A DNA stretch of 64,000 bases from Methanobacteriota archaeon (GTDB taxonomy: Archaea > Thermoplasmatota > E2 > DHVEG-1), in contig CAVYNH010000004.1 of NCBI GenBank assembly GCA_963769885.1, positions 328,431 to 392,430 of the forward strand, in the 5' to 3' direction. Shown here piece after piece: positions 50,624 through 61,103 of the stretch. Position numbers and translations under genes: made by a program. The notes beneath the pieces were generated by a model, which made no database searches, was not told the DNA's origin, and was given only the letters and a program-made list of their open reading frames with translations. Every line of letters starts with the position of its first letter. The stretch's first letter is position 1.

Positions 50624-50830
50624 ATGAAAGCAAGTATTAATGTCGGTAACCGCGTACAGCTTGTGTATATGAACGATTCGTTGACGAAACTGCGGCCTGG
50701 CGATATGGGCACCGTGGTCGACATCGACACCCAGGGCGACGAAGAGACGCTCATCTGGGTGGACTGGGATAATGGGGAGCGCCTCGCGCTGTTGTCTGAG
50801 ACGGATAGGTACAAGGTCATCCGCAGGTAA
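50624..50830 (+). CDS. DUF4314-like SH3-fold small protein
   Basis: GNRVQLVYMND..LRPGDMGTV..IWVDWDNG. Confidence 0.75.
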   Translation: MKASINVGNRVQLVYMNDSLTKLRPGDMGTVVDIDTQGDEETLIWVDWDNGERLALLSETDRYKVIRR

Positions 50831-50857
50831 ACCCCTTTTTCCCTTCTTTCTCTTTTC

Positions 50858-51883
50858 TTAGAAATCGAAGAGATTTCTCTGTTTGAGGAGGTACTCGGCC
50901 TTCTGGAATTTTTCAAGGGCCGGCATGACGCGGTCTTTGGAGAACTGGTGGTCTTCGTGAAGGAGCTGGAGTGCCTTGTCGATGTCCGGAGGCGACCATT
51001 TGAGCGTATAGTCGTTGGTCACGTGTGGATGGAGGAAAATCTCTCGGATTTTCTCTATCTCATCCTGTGGGAGGGTGATCTCGGGGTTGGTCTGGAGGAG
51101 GGTTTCGAGGGTGCCGTGTTCTTTGATGGCGGCGAGGCTTTTTTTGGGTCCGTAGCCTTTGACGCCGTCGTTGAAGTCGGTGCCGAGGAGGATCGCGATG
51201 TCGACGAGTTGTTCCCTGGTTATTTGGTTGGCTTTGAGTCCTTGGTCGAGGCGGAGGAGCTCGGGGAGGACTTTGACGAAGGCTTGTTTTCCGGGGAGTT
51301 TGCGGCGTTCTGAGCTGGTGAGGTTGCGGATGAGGAGAGGGGTGCCGAAGAGGAGGCAGTCGAAGTCCTGGCTGCCGACGGCGTAGGCGTGGTTCTGTTG
51401 GACGATGCGGGAGGCTTGGGCTTCGCCTTCAGAGGGTGCCTGGACGAAAGGTATCCCGAGGGCAAGCAGGAGTTCTTTGCTTTCGGCGATCATGTCGTCG
51501 GTGAGCCGTGAGGTCTGGCTCGCCTTGGATTTGGCGGTGGCGAGGTCGCCGGCGGCGAGGGCGGTTTGGTAGTCGCGTTCTGCCTGTTCTTTGCGTTTGC
51601 GTCGTTCGTCGATGGTGCGTGCTTTGAGGGGATGAGGTTGGCCGTCGAAGACGTAGGCGGGACGGATGCCGGCTTCGACGAGGTTGGAGGTGCGGAAGAG
51701 GAGGCCTGACAAGTGGGAGGTGATGCGGCCGGTGGCGTCTTTGAGGGGTGTGCCGTCGCGCTGGCGGATGATGGCCAGGAATTGGTGGATGACGTTGTGG
51801 GCGTCGATGGCGATAATGCGGCCGCTGAAATCTTGGAAGCTGCAGGTGGTTTTTGGGAAGAGGTCCCCGAGGTCGACGCCCAT
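50858..51883 (-). CDS. fen: Flap endonuclease 1
   Basis: MGVDL, QFLAIIRQRDGTPL, APSEGEAQA, SQDFD, GTDFN, PIP box QRNLFDF. Confidence 0.97.
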   Translation of the reverse strand: MGVDLGDLFPKTTCSFQDFSGRIIAIDAHNVIHQFLAIIRQRDGTPLKDATGRITSHLSGLLFRTSNLVEAGIRPAYVFDGQPHPLKARTIDERRKRKEQAERDYQTALAAGDLATAKSKASQTSRLTDDMIAESKELLLALGIPFVQAPSEGEAQASRIVQQNHAYAVGSQDFDCLLFGTPLLIRNLTSSERRKLPGKQAFVKVLPELLRLDQGLKANQITREQLVDIAILLGTDFNDGVKGYGPKKSLAAIKEHGTLETLLQTNPEITLPQDEIEKIREIFLHPHVTNDYTLKWSPPDIDKALQLLHEDHQFSKDRVMPALEKFQKAEYLLKQRNLFDF

Positions 51884-52015
51884 AGTGGTTGAAGGAGGAA
51901 TTCCTGTGGCGTGTTTTATTGTTTTTGTGTGGGGGTAGCGATAGTTTTAAAGAAACCCTCCCCCGAACATAGCAAAGTTTTTAACATAACAGATAATAGT
52001 AATGCTAGGAAGGTT

Positions 52016-53155
52016 ATGTTAAAGGCAAACCCTATAGACAAATATCTAGAAACATTCGAGAAACAATCTACCATAAAAGGAAACAAGTCTCATCTGAACC
52101 AATATTTCAAAATAATTGAAGCAGACCCACTCACATACTTCCAAGATGGTAGAGACTACAACGCTGATATTGAAAAACTGTGGAAGTCGATGTCTATGTC
52201 GAAGGGTTACTCTCCTGGTTCACGGAAAGGAAGACTTTGTTCAGTCGTCAACTTCTTGGCATACAACGATGTAACAATAAAACCAAGTCTTTTGAAGATA
52301 CTGAGAAACCACACTAAGCAAGTAGAAAACGTCACAGAAGATGTGTTGCCTCAGAAACAACAATTGAAGGAAATCTTGGAAAAAGCTCCAATACTACAAA
52401 GAGCATTGTTTCTGTTTTCAATCAGTAGTGGAATGAGGATAAATGAAATTCTCCAACTGACACCTGACGATATTAACACCGAAGTAAGACCCGTTCGTGT
52501 TCGAGTGAGAGCAGAAACTACCAAGACAAGGAAACCCCGTGTCACCTTTATCTCTGATGAGTGTTATGCTGCTTTGAAAAAGTGGCAACGGATTCGTAAT
52601 GACTATCTCAAAACAGCTGTTGCTCGGTGTGAACAAAAACACTTTGTAAAAGATGCTAATGACCCCAACATATTCCCCCTCAAGTATCAGACAGCACGAG
52701 AAATGTGGATTACTCTTCTCCGCAAAGTAGGATACAATCAGAAAGATAAAGTTGGTCGCTACAAAATCCACATTCACTCTTTGAGAATGTTCCTAAGGAC
52801 GACAATTGCTAATGGGAATGGTGGAGTATCAAGAGATGTGGTAGAGACACTCATTGGTCACAAGCCATATTGTTCTACTTACGTAAGGGTTCCTGAGGAA
52901 GAGTGTCGAATAGCATACCTCAAAGCAATGCCACTGATTACAATCCTCAACATCATCGATGAAAAAGTAGTAGAAGAAAAGGACAACCAAATCACCACTC
53001 TTAAGTCACAGCTGATAGACAACGAACTCAACGAACAGCGCATCATTCAGAAAGTTCTTTCCATCTTAAAGAGTGGCGACCCAACATTGATACAAAACCT
53101 GATGAAGAACGTGCCCACAGCGTTTGTTGCCGATGATGGTTCTACTGAATTGTAG
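52016..53155 (+). CDS. Tyrosine recombinase/integrase
   Basis: SGMRINE (R), TKTRKPR (K), HSLR, LIGH, STY. Confidence 0.92.
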   Translation: MLKANPIDKYLETFEKQSTIKGNKSHLNQYFKIIEADPLTYFQDGRDYNADIEKLWKSMSMSKGYSPGSRKGRLCSVVNFLAYNDVTIKPSLLKILRNHTKQVENVTEDVLPQKQQLKEILEKAPILQRALFLFSISSGMRINEILQLTPDDINTEVRPVRVRVRAETTKTRKPRVTFISDECYAALKKWQRIRNDYLKTAVARCEQKHFVKDANDPNIFPLKYQTAREMWITLLRKVGYNQKDKVGRYKIHIHSLRMFLRTTIANGNGGVSRDVVETLIGHKPYCSTYVRVPEEECRIAYLKAMPLITILNIIDEKVVEEKDNQITTLKSQLIDNELNEQRIIQKVLSILKSGDPTLIQNLMKNVPTAFVADDGSTEL

Positions 53156-53174
53156 TCCCACCATTTCTTTTTTT

Positions 53175-53765
53175 TTATCCAACATCATCTATGTAGTGTA
53201 TATAACCAGAAAACAGGGCGCTCGAGTAAAAAATAGTGATAATAAAAATATTTATCACTATCTCGACATCCAAGAGTGACCACGAATTCATGCTCATTTT
53301 TCCAAAGACTGCATTCGCATAGTATGTAGCGACAAATAAGAAAACAAAAAATATGTATTCGAATGGTTTTCCTCTAATTCTTTTAGGATTTTGTAATGCC
53401 CATCTTCTAATAAATAACCACAATATAGTAGTCATTGTTGTGAAGTAAAATATAGCAAACCATAATGATATTATAAAAGTAGATTTACTTAGTATCCCAG
53501 ATAAAAAGAGAATTAAAAAAACAACAATAAGTATTCCTGAGAAAATCCAGAATACTTTGTATTCACGTTTATATTCTCTACCACTAAAGATATGAGCAAT
53601 TTTTAAACTCACCCAAAAAAAATAAGTTCCAATAATAAGGAACAAGATATTCAAGTTGTCAAAGAAACCTTGATAATACACCCAATCCCAAACAGCCCAA
53701 ATTCCTTTGATTATAAGCATTATTCCTAAAATAATTCCTATCCACGATACTTTTTTAATATCCAT
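53175..53765 (-). CDS. Multi-TM membrane protein
   Basis: About six TM segments. Confidence 0.65.
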   Translation of the reverse strand: MDIKKVSWIGIILGIMLIIKGIWAVWDWVYYQGFFDNLNILFLIIGTYFFWVSLKIAHIFSGREYKREYKVFWIFSGILIVVFLILFLSGILSKSTFIISLWFAIFYFTTMTTILWLFIRRWALQNPKRIRGKPFEYIFFVFLFVATYYANAVFGKMSMNSWSLLDVEIVINIFIITIFYSSALFSGYIHYIDDVG

Positions 53766-54130
53766 TTTTCCCTACCAATATCACATTGTAACGACCCACA
53801 CTTTAAGAACATATCTTAATCCCAAATCATCCAAGTGAACCAACCCAATTTCATTCTATAATTGATTTCTATGCACGTAGAGCGCCGAACGTATCAAAAA
53901 TGAATAATCTCCCATGGTCGAGTCCTCAAACGGTTTACGCGGTGTGAGACGTGACGATGTTTTTCCTTTTATCTCCCCCATTTAAAATTCAAAAAATTAA
54001 GTAACACTAACTATTAATACCCACCAATATATGGGGTACACACAAAGAGAGGCTGTGCGTTTTGTAGACGTGGTCCTACTCGCAATGTCTCCGCTCTGGT
54101 GTCTCTTTTTGAACTTTAGGAGCGGAGATA

Positions 54131-55478
54131 TTGGACAGCAATGAGGACCAAGAAATAGAAAAATTGATGTCAGAAAAAGGCATCGACCGCGAAGCGGCTT
54201 GGATGATTGTACAAGACCGAAAAGAAAGGAAGTTTTTGAAAGAATGTCACACCCAGGCGACGAAGGAGGCATTTGAAAACGTCATCAAGCAAGAGGAAGA
54301 AACTATCAAAAACTCAACTCTTCAAGATGTGTACAAAACCATTGAAAAATGGTTGGGTATTAAGGAGAAAGATAGGAATCGAATAGACACCGTTTTGGCG
54401 GTAGCTCTTAGTAATAAAAAACCAGGGACTCCATTATGGTTGTTCCTCATCGGTGCTAGTGGTGATTGGAAAACAGAACTCACAAGGTCGGTTGGTGGTA
54501 TGTCAAATGTTATCAAGATAGACCTACTCACTGAAAATACTTTGGCGAGCGGTAAGCCTGGAGTTGAGGACCTTGGCTCAGAACTCCAAAATTCCAGTCA
54601 TATTTTATTGTTTCTCGACCTCGCATCGCTCACATCGATGAACAAAGATTTGAAAAGTGCGATTTGGGGGCAGTTTCGAGAGCTCTACGACGGAAACATC
54701 TACAAAAGAACGGGTGGCGGCATTAAAAAGCAATATGAGGGTTGTCATGTGACCATCATCGCATGTTCTACTGAGGCGCTGCGAGATGAGATTCTTTTAC
54801 ATTCCCAATTAGGTACTAGAGAATTACTCTACGACACCGAGGCAAACATAGTGGATAATGATTTCAAGATGAGCAAAGCGATTGAGAACGAACAGTACCG
54901 AGGACCAAATGAGGGAGGAGATTTGTACAGTGGTTCAGAATTTTATCACCTATCACAAGATAAAAGACGTCAAACCTAGCGATGAGATGGTTGGTTTCCT
55001 CAAAAAAGAGGCAAACAGGCTCACCATCCTAAGAGCGGTAGGGAACATTGATTATTATTCGGCGGAGTGTATCAGCCCCATCTATCCAGAAGTACCAACG
55101 CGCACAATCAAGCAATTCGTAAAACTATACCGCTGTCTAAAATCCCTTGACGACGACTATCCAGACGAGAAGGTAAAAGAAATCATCACTCACATAGTAG
55201 ACAGCAGCGGAAACAAAGTCAGGCAGTTGGTCCTCAATATCTTAGAAAAAAATCCAGCGACCCAATACAAAATTTCTGACATACAGCAGCTAATTGGTCT
55301 TGGTCGTAAGCCAGCAAAGATACAGCTTGAAATCCTTTGGAACCTTAGGGTCGTTGAGAAAGAAGTTCGAGTGGAACCTATCGGTGGGTATGGACGAATT
55401 GAGGAGGTCGCCTACTACTCTTACAAACCATCGTTTACCCAAATTCTACTAGACGAAAAAAAAGGACACATCAAGTAG
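54131..55478 (+). pseudogene. Plasmid/virus-type AAA+ ATPase/helicase with C-terminal wHTH, split by a frameshift near 54899
   Basis: PLWLFLIGASGDWKT (atypical Walker A), LLFLD, QFRELYDG; ORFs 54131-54979 and 54882-55478 join as ENEQY-EDQMREEI if one C is removed. Confidence 0.7.
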
Positions 55479-56131
55479 AATCACGGTAAACGACTTTCAA
55501 TATTTTTTAGATTATACAAATTGAATCTAAAAAACGCCGTGATTGAAAAGCCACCCAAGAAAAAATAGAGTGTTCACCCCCCTTGTTTACAGTGTTGAGA
55601 TTTTTGTGGAGAAAGCCTCTCTAACACTAGGCAACACTACATCTTGGTATTGACATATTGAACTAGTTGGTAAGACATAGCGACAGGGGCCGCAATACAG
55701 CTAGCGATATAGGGGGATTATAAGTTAATCAATAAGGGGAAGCAATACAATTAAGCCATACAGCTAAGCCTTATTGTAAGTTAAGAAGAGGTCCTATTCT
55801 GTTATCAATCAATAAACAATAATGGCTAAGTAGAGCTTTCTCGATAGTGTAGAACTTCGCCCCATTTTGGTTTTATGGTGTTTAACACTATAAGAGATTG
55901 GTACGAGTGTAATTATTGATAGTTAGTCAAAGGTATCAGAAGTTTTTGTGGACTTTGCACAAGAAACCGTGCTCTAGATTGCGATTCTTCAAGGCCCCTA
56001 AACACTATTCTATGCTCTGAATTCTCTCCTGGAAAACTCCGTATATCTCAACGAGTTTGTTCTATATTCTTCGAGGGGATTTCCAGTTAATACAATTAAA
56101 ACTGGGTTTTTATCGTTTTTTCCATTAGTTT

Positions 56132-56398
56132 CTATCGAACTGTGCTTTCCCGAAACGGCGCACCGCAATAGGGGCACTTCGAACCCCCGTATTCCTTACC
56201 GCAACGCCAACACTCTGAAACTATCGGGTCTGAAGGACGTTTTGGTCGGGAAGTCCAGGATTCCTTCAACCACTCTGAAAATCCTTCAGGTTTGCCCGCG
56301 AATGCTGCCTCCTCGCTGTAACCCTGTTGTAATCTTCGTTTAGTAATCATCCGGAACCGTTCGAAATCGTGAATCTGAGAATCAGTCCAGTTAGTCAT
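56132..56398 (-). CDS. Small protein with C-terminal zinc ribbon
   Basis: CWRCG..KCPYCG. Confidence 0.65.
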   Translation of the reverse strand: MTNWTDSQIHDFERFRMITKRRLQQGYSEEAAFAGKPEGFSEWLKESWTSRPKRPSDPIVSECWRCGKEYGGSKCPYCGAPFRESTVR

Positions 56399-56401
56399 AC
56401 T

Positions 56402-56938
56402 CTACCAATCTTTAAATTTTTTAATCCGACGACGAAATTTATTTTGTTGCTTGTTGCCCCATCTCGAGACCTGACCCCTTGCTCTATTTAGTCTTTCAAC
56501 AGTTAAAATAATTGCCATGATTCCCGAAATGGTATCAATGACAATCAGAACATCCATTATGATATTCGTTAAACCATTTGTCAATAGAAAAATCGGAATA
56601 AGAATAAAGATGACTCCAACACAAGTCAAACCGATTTTTAAACCAAGATTATCTATGATTTCATCTCGAATCCTCGTTACTGAATGACCTCTTGTTCGAG
56701 TTTCCCCTCGATTGGTATGACTAAAACTGTTGTCATCAGTGATATAGATAGGACCGAGATTTATTCTTTGATATCTTAGAGTTATTCCAATATAAAGGCA
56801 TAAGAAACCAATAAAATAAAGTAATAGCGCGGTAAATCCATAAGTTTGAATGAAGCAAATAGTAATAGAAACGGCAATAAATATTAACCATATAACAAGA
56901 AATTTATAATGTCTACTCAGTGTTTCTTTTAGGTCCAT
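56402..56938 (-). CDS. 4-TM membrane protein
   Basis: Hydrophobic helices; GGGAGG RBS. Confidence 0.65.
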   Translation of the reverse strand: MDLKETLSRHYKFLVIWLIFIAVSITICFIQTYGFTALLLYFIGFLCLYIGITLRYQRINLGPIYITDDNSFSHTNRGETRTRGHSVTRIRDEIIDNLGLKIGLTCVGVIFILIPIFLLTNGLTNIIMDVLIVIDTISGIMAIILTVERLNRARGQVSRWGNKQQNKFRRRIKKFKDW

Positions 56939-56980
56939 TCTTCCTCCCGCCCGTTATGCCAAAAAATCCGATTAATCCTT

Positions 56981-57946
56981 TCATTTTCTTTTCTCTCGCC
57001 ATCTTTGCCAAAACGATAGTTTTGGTTTCTCTTCTGTAGGTGTTGGTATTACTTTCCCGGCATCTCTTTGTTCAGTGTACTTCTTGCAGGAATGCCCACC
57101 ATCAATTCTAGGGGTATTATACAATCGGGGTGCTGAATGTTTATCGCAATACCATTGTCCGCAGTACTGACATCGTTTAACTCCAGTCATCTTCAGACAG
57201 ATATCACACCCTGACGTTGATATTTCATTAAGAGAATTGAATACCTTCTGAGGTTTTACAGGACGTTTTATTTTCTTTTCCTTTATTACATGAACCTTAC
57301 TCAGTGCTTTCAATGACTCAGCATACTGTTTATCCATGATTTTCTCTTGCTCTTTCAAGTAATCATAGAACGGTGGACATGCATGACAGTTAACGGTGTG
57401 CTGATATTCATAGAAATAAAGTTGACCGCCATTCATAGAAGTTGGAACATGAGGTTTAATATGTGTTTGGCAAAAGAATTTCTCGCAATAATCGCACTGT
57501 TGTAAGGTGAATTCACAGTTACAGTCGTGGTGATTGCAGACTCTATCGTTGATGGGGAGTGGTTCATCCTTAAATTCTGGGTGATGTGAGTTCCCCACCT
57601 GCATGTGAAGTCCTGACTTATTCTCGGGTTCCCATACTGCCAAGAGCGAGGAATCAAGCTCCCTGTAGAAATCTGGGTCATGGTTTGGGTCGAATAAATG
57701 TTCCACTTCATGAAAAGCAACCATTCGGATTATTTCAATCCGCATCTCACGAAGGTGGTTCAATGACACGTAAATGATTTCATTTATAGTATCGATTTCG
57801 GCACGTGCTCTAGAGTCTTCAAGAAACCCTTCAATGAATTCCACTCGAGGATATCTTTCGATTCCATTTACTTTTGAAGCCTCTTTAACGAAGTCAATGA
57901 ACGCCTCTTTCTTTGCTGATAACAGGTTCTCATCGAAGTTGGTCAT
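56981..57946 (-). CDS. HExxH metallopeptidase-like domain plus two AN1-type zinc fingers
   Basis: AFHEVEHLFDPNHDPDFY; CDYCEKFFCQTH..HAC; CQYCGQWYCDKH..HSC. Confidence 0.7.
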   Translation of the reverse strand: MTNFDENLLSAKKEAFIDFVKEASKVNGIERYPRVEFIEGFLEDSRARAEIDTINEIIYVSLNHLREMRIEIIRMVAFHEVEHLFDPNHDPDFYRELDSSLLAVWEPENKSGLHMQVGNSHHPEFKDEPLPINDRVCNHHDCNCEFTLQQCDYCEKFFCQTHIKPHVPTSMNGGQLYFYEYQHTVNCHACPPFYDYLKEQEKIMDKQYAESLKALSKVHVIKEKKIKRPVKPQKVFNSLNEISTSGCDICLKMTGVKRCQYCGQWYCDKHSAPRLYNTPRIDGGHSCKKYTEQRDAGKVIPTPTEEKPKLSFWQRWREKRK

Positions 57947-58127
57947 TCCTTTTCCAAACCTCTTCTTAGATTATTGCAACTATAGAGTTCTATTACCTTA
58001 TGCATTATTGCCTCTCCCTTTTCTTAGTAACTAAAATAATGATGCTACTTATTAATTTTTGTAAGAAAAAATTTGTTTAAACCTGCTATAGTAAACATTT
58101 TTAAATCATTTAAGTTATTCTTGCCAT

Positions 58128-59033
58128 ATGGAAGAGAACGAAGACAAATTACCTCCGGCTCGACCTTTAGATGAATATACATTAAATCAACTCGAAGTAA
58201 AAAGAAGGAAATGTCAGGAAGATTTGGAGGATGCTATTAAATATTCTTGGGGTCATCGCGCATCAGAAAAAATTGGTTATAACATCTATAAAATAGCATG
58301 GTATCTAAGTTTAATTGGAATTGTCTTAATGATTACGTCTGTTATCTTTTTAATATTGCCTGCAGTGTTCAATCCTTCGGAAAAAAATCAAATGATATCT
58401 ACCCTAAATCCTTGGACAATAGGTCTTCTTTTTGGCGGAATAATACTATTTATGTTTACTAGTAATATATCTTTAAATGACCCTGCAAGACCATTAAGAA
58501 GAAAACTCGCTGACCTTGAGCAGGTAATCCGGATTAAACAGGATGTTGAACGGGGCGATAATTTTTCAATTGATGAAGATGAACACACTGAATATAAAAC
58601 ATCGTTTAAGTATGATATCCAGACCGGCAATCCTAATACAATATTGGTCAAGGAGGTTGTTATTTCTGTACTTGGATTCCTTAATGCAATTGGAGGAAGA
58701 GTTGTAATTGGCGTTTCTCCTTCAAAAGAAATAGTTGGAATTGAAAATGACCTAAAATTATTTGGTGACTGGGACAAATTTCAGTTGGCAATAATAGATT
58801 CAATCCAAAATCATTCTGATAGACCACTCTCTGAATTCTTTAGTATAAAAAAAGGACAAAAGAATGGAAAAGAACTCTGTATTATTTCATCTAGACCATA
58901 CCCAAAACCAGTCTTTTATATTGATGGAAATAACCAAGAGTTATACGTTCGAGAGGGGAATCGGACAAGGAAACTGTCAACAAAAGAAGCTTTCGATTAT
59001 ATTACGTCGCATTGGGTCGATAAGGGTAAATGA
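58128..59033 (+). CDS. 2-TM plus Schlafen/AlbA_2 domain protein
   Basis: EDEHTEYKTS, VLGFLNAIGGRVVIGV, EIVGIEND, LYVREGNRT. Confidence 0.8.
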   Translation: MEENEDKLPPARPLDEYTLNQLEVKRRKCQEDLEDAIKYSWGHRASEKIGYNIYKIAWYLSLIGIVLMITSVIFLILPAVFNPSEKNQMISTLNPWTIGLLFGGIILFMFTSNISLNDPARPLRRKLADLEQVIRIKQDVERGDNFSIDEDEHTEYKTSFKYDIQTGNPNTILVKEVVISVLGFLNAIGGRVVIGVSPSKEIVGIENDLKLFGDWDKFQLAIIDSIQNHSDRPLSEFFSIKKGQKNGKELCIISSRPYPKPVFYIDGNNQELYVREGNRTRKLSTKEAFDYITSHWVDKGK

Positions 59034-59073
59034 TAAAAAATCAGGATTCATGAAATCTGCTTAGAATAAACAA

Positions 59074-59307
59074 ATGCTAAAAGAAACCGAAAGTCAAACA
59101 TGGGGAATACTCACAAAAGTACTCTTCAGAACGCCAATAACAAACAACGAATTAGATACACTTAAAAAAAGACTCTGCAGCTTTCTAGACATTCTATCCG
59201 CCTACAACATCACCATAGCAGACATACAAAATATTAGTGATATAGACGAATTCATGGTAATCATCAACTTACTCAAACCAACAGACCTCGCTACCATATT
59301 CTACTGA
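59074..59307 (+). CDS. Hypothetical protein
   Basis: 77-aa ORF. Confidence 0.45.
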   Translation: MLKETESQTWGILTKVLFRTPITNNELDTLKKRLCSFLDILSAYNITIADIQNISDIDEFMVIINLLKPTDLATIFY

Positions 59308-59551
59308 CCCCTTGTTTGAAGGGACACCTGGAAAATATCAGAAAAAACTACATTGAAATAGGGAAGACGGTTTTTAGTTGTATTGAGTAAATGAAAGGGG
59401 AGTCCTTTTGGAGGCGACCAAAAAAATATAATAGGATATTCTAGGTTATCAGGATTCCCCATAATCTTATTAATCAATGGATATTACATCTTTTAAATAA
59501 TCTTTAATATTAAATTTCAGGTTCCTGAAAAAAGTACAATCTTGGGGGAAT

Positions 59552-60919
59552 ATGGATAGTCGACCTTTATTGAATGACGCTGACACTATTGGCATTTTAA
59601 TAGATTCCGAAACATTTGCTGATGAACTTAATAAAAAAAATCCATTAGTGAAAGCTATATTAAGTCATAATGACCCAAGATTTTCCAAACCCTACCCTAC
59701 AAAAAATTTAGAGCTTTTTTTCATAAGAACTCCAATTGATTCTGATTATGAGGAATTAAATAATATTTTAAAATATAATCTAATTAAAGATGATGAAGGC
59801 AAAATAAGGTCTGTTGATGTTGAATGGGAAGGTGGTGGTTCTTTTTCACATTTCTATTATAAAATAGAGGACATTGAGAAGGCTTCGAAAAAAATTTTTA
59901 ATAAGACAGCGGTAAATGATGCAGAAAAAAGAATAGTGGAGCCGATTTTTGTCCAAGCATCGTATTGCTCAATTAAGGCTAATGAAAAAGTAACAAGAAT
60001 TTTTGTTACTGAAAATAAACCATTTTTGAAAAATCGTCTTTGGCTTGAATGGCATTTACTTGGAACTCCTATTAATCTAATGGACTGTAGTGAAGCTGCA
60101 AATTTCTTGGATTTATTTTTCAAACAAAAAAACAAATATTATGTTAGAGGTGGCTATATTTTTAATAAGGGATTTTGGTATTGGATTTCTATGAGGTCTA
60201 AAATTCCACATTATAATGTTGGGGATTCTTTGATTGATGCAATGGCTTATCGTCTTCAATATTGTTTAATGGCTTTAGACGAGATTGGAATCCAGCATTT
60301 TTCAGGAGTAAGTAATGATACATTAGATGATGCTCTTTACCATTTCAATTATTTAATAACATTAATAACTGGAATTTTTGATAATTTAGCTTTACAAACT
60401 AATGAAGCACTTGAACTTAATTTTACTGACTACCGAAAGGTAAGTATATCTAACAGCAGCGGTAAAGAATTTTTAATTGCTATTAGAGATAGCAGACAAG
60501 ATATCCGAAGTCATATTAACTCTAATGTGAGTTTTATTAATTTGATTTATCTTCTCAGAGAGCTAGTTGTTCATAGAGAAGGACTGGGTAAAACTACTGC
60601 TGAAATAAATCAAGTAGATACCTCATGGAAATCTTGTTTAATAAAGATTTCAGATGAAATAGAAGAATGTTTAAGACACTTACATGATAGAAATAGAGAA
60701 AATGACCCGTTTACTGAATGGGGATTTTGCCAGTTTGGAACCGATAAATTTATTGTGCCGTTCTATTTTGCAAAAAATTCGATAATTAATTTGATACAGT
60801 TTATCGACCAATACCTTGTCTTATTAGGTTACCCCTCATTTATTGAAGACGAAAAGAAAAAACAAACAAGATTCGCAAGATATGTATCCATTTTTGAATC
60901 TGGAAATCTAGGATTCTAA
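59552..60919 (+). CDS. Hypothetical protein with a putative C-terminal HEPN motif
   Basis: Helical C-terminal half containing LRELVVH (RxxxxH). Confidence 0.55.
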   Translation: MDSRPLLNDADTIGILIDSETFADELNKKNPLVKAILSHNDPRFSKPYPTKNLELFFIRTPIDSDYEELNNILKYNLIKDDEGKIRSVDVEWEGGGSFSHFYYKIEDIEKASKKIFNKTAVNDAEKRIVEPIFVQASYCSIKANEKVTRIFVTENKPFLKNRLWLEWHLLGTPINLMDCSEAANFLDLFFKQKNKYYVRGGYIFNKGFWYWISMRSKIPHYNVGDSLIDAMAYRLQYCLMALDEIGIQHFSGVSNDTLDDALYHFNYLITLITGIFDNLALQTNEALELNFTDYRKVSISNSSGKEFLIAIRDSRQDIRSHINSNVSFINLIYLLRELVVHREGLGKTTAEINQVDTSWKSCLIKISDEIEECLRHLHDRNRENDPFTEWGFCQFGTDKFIVPFYFAKNSIINLIQFIDQYLVLLGYPSFIEDEKKKQTRFARYVSIFESGNLGF

Positions 60920-61103
60920 TCCCTTTTTATACTTTCGAGACCGCGTCTAATACTCCAACTCATCGTCATCCTGGGACAATCCATCCAGATAGATTATTCT
61001 TCCTTTAAACTCCATATTTTTCGTGAAAGCAAACACCTTTCTGTTGAACTTCGGTGGTCCTTATTAAGTGTTAGAACTCGCTCATCAGTGTAAGGTGATA
61101 TGA

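Noticed and set aside
58128-59033. Link between Schlafen (class II tRNA cleavage) and the Ser/Leu tRNA fragments acting as decoys
   Set aside because: The fragments are only about 20 bp, degenerate, on a different element, and better explained as att remnants.
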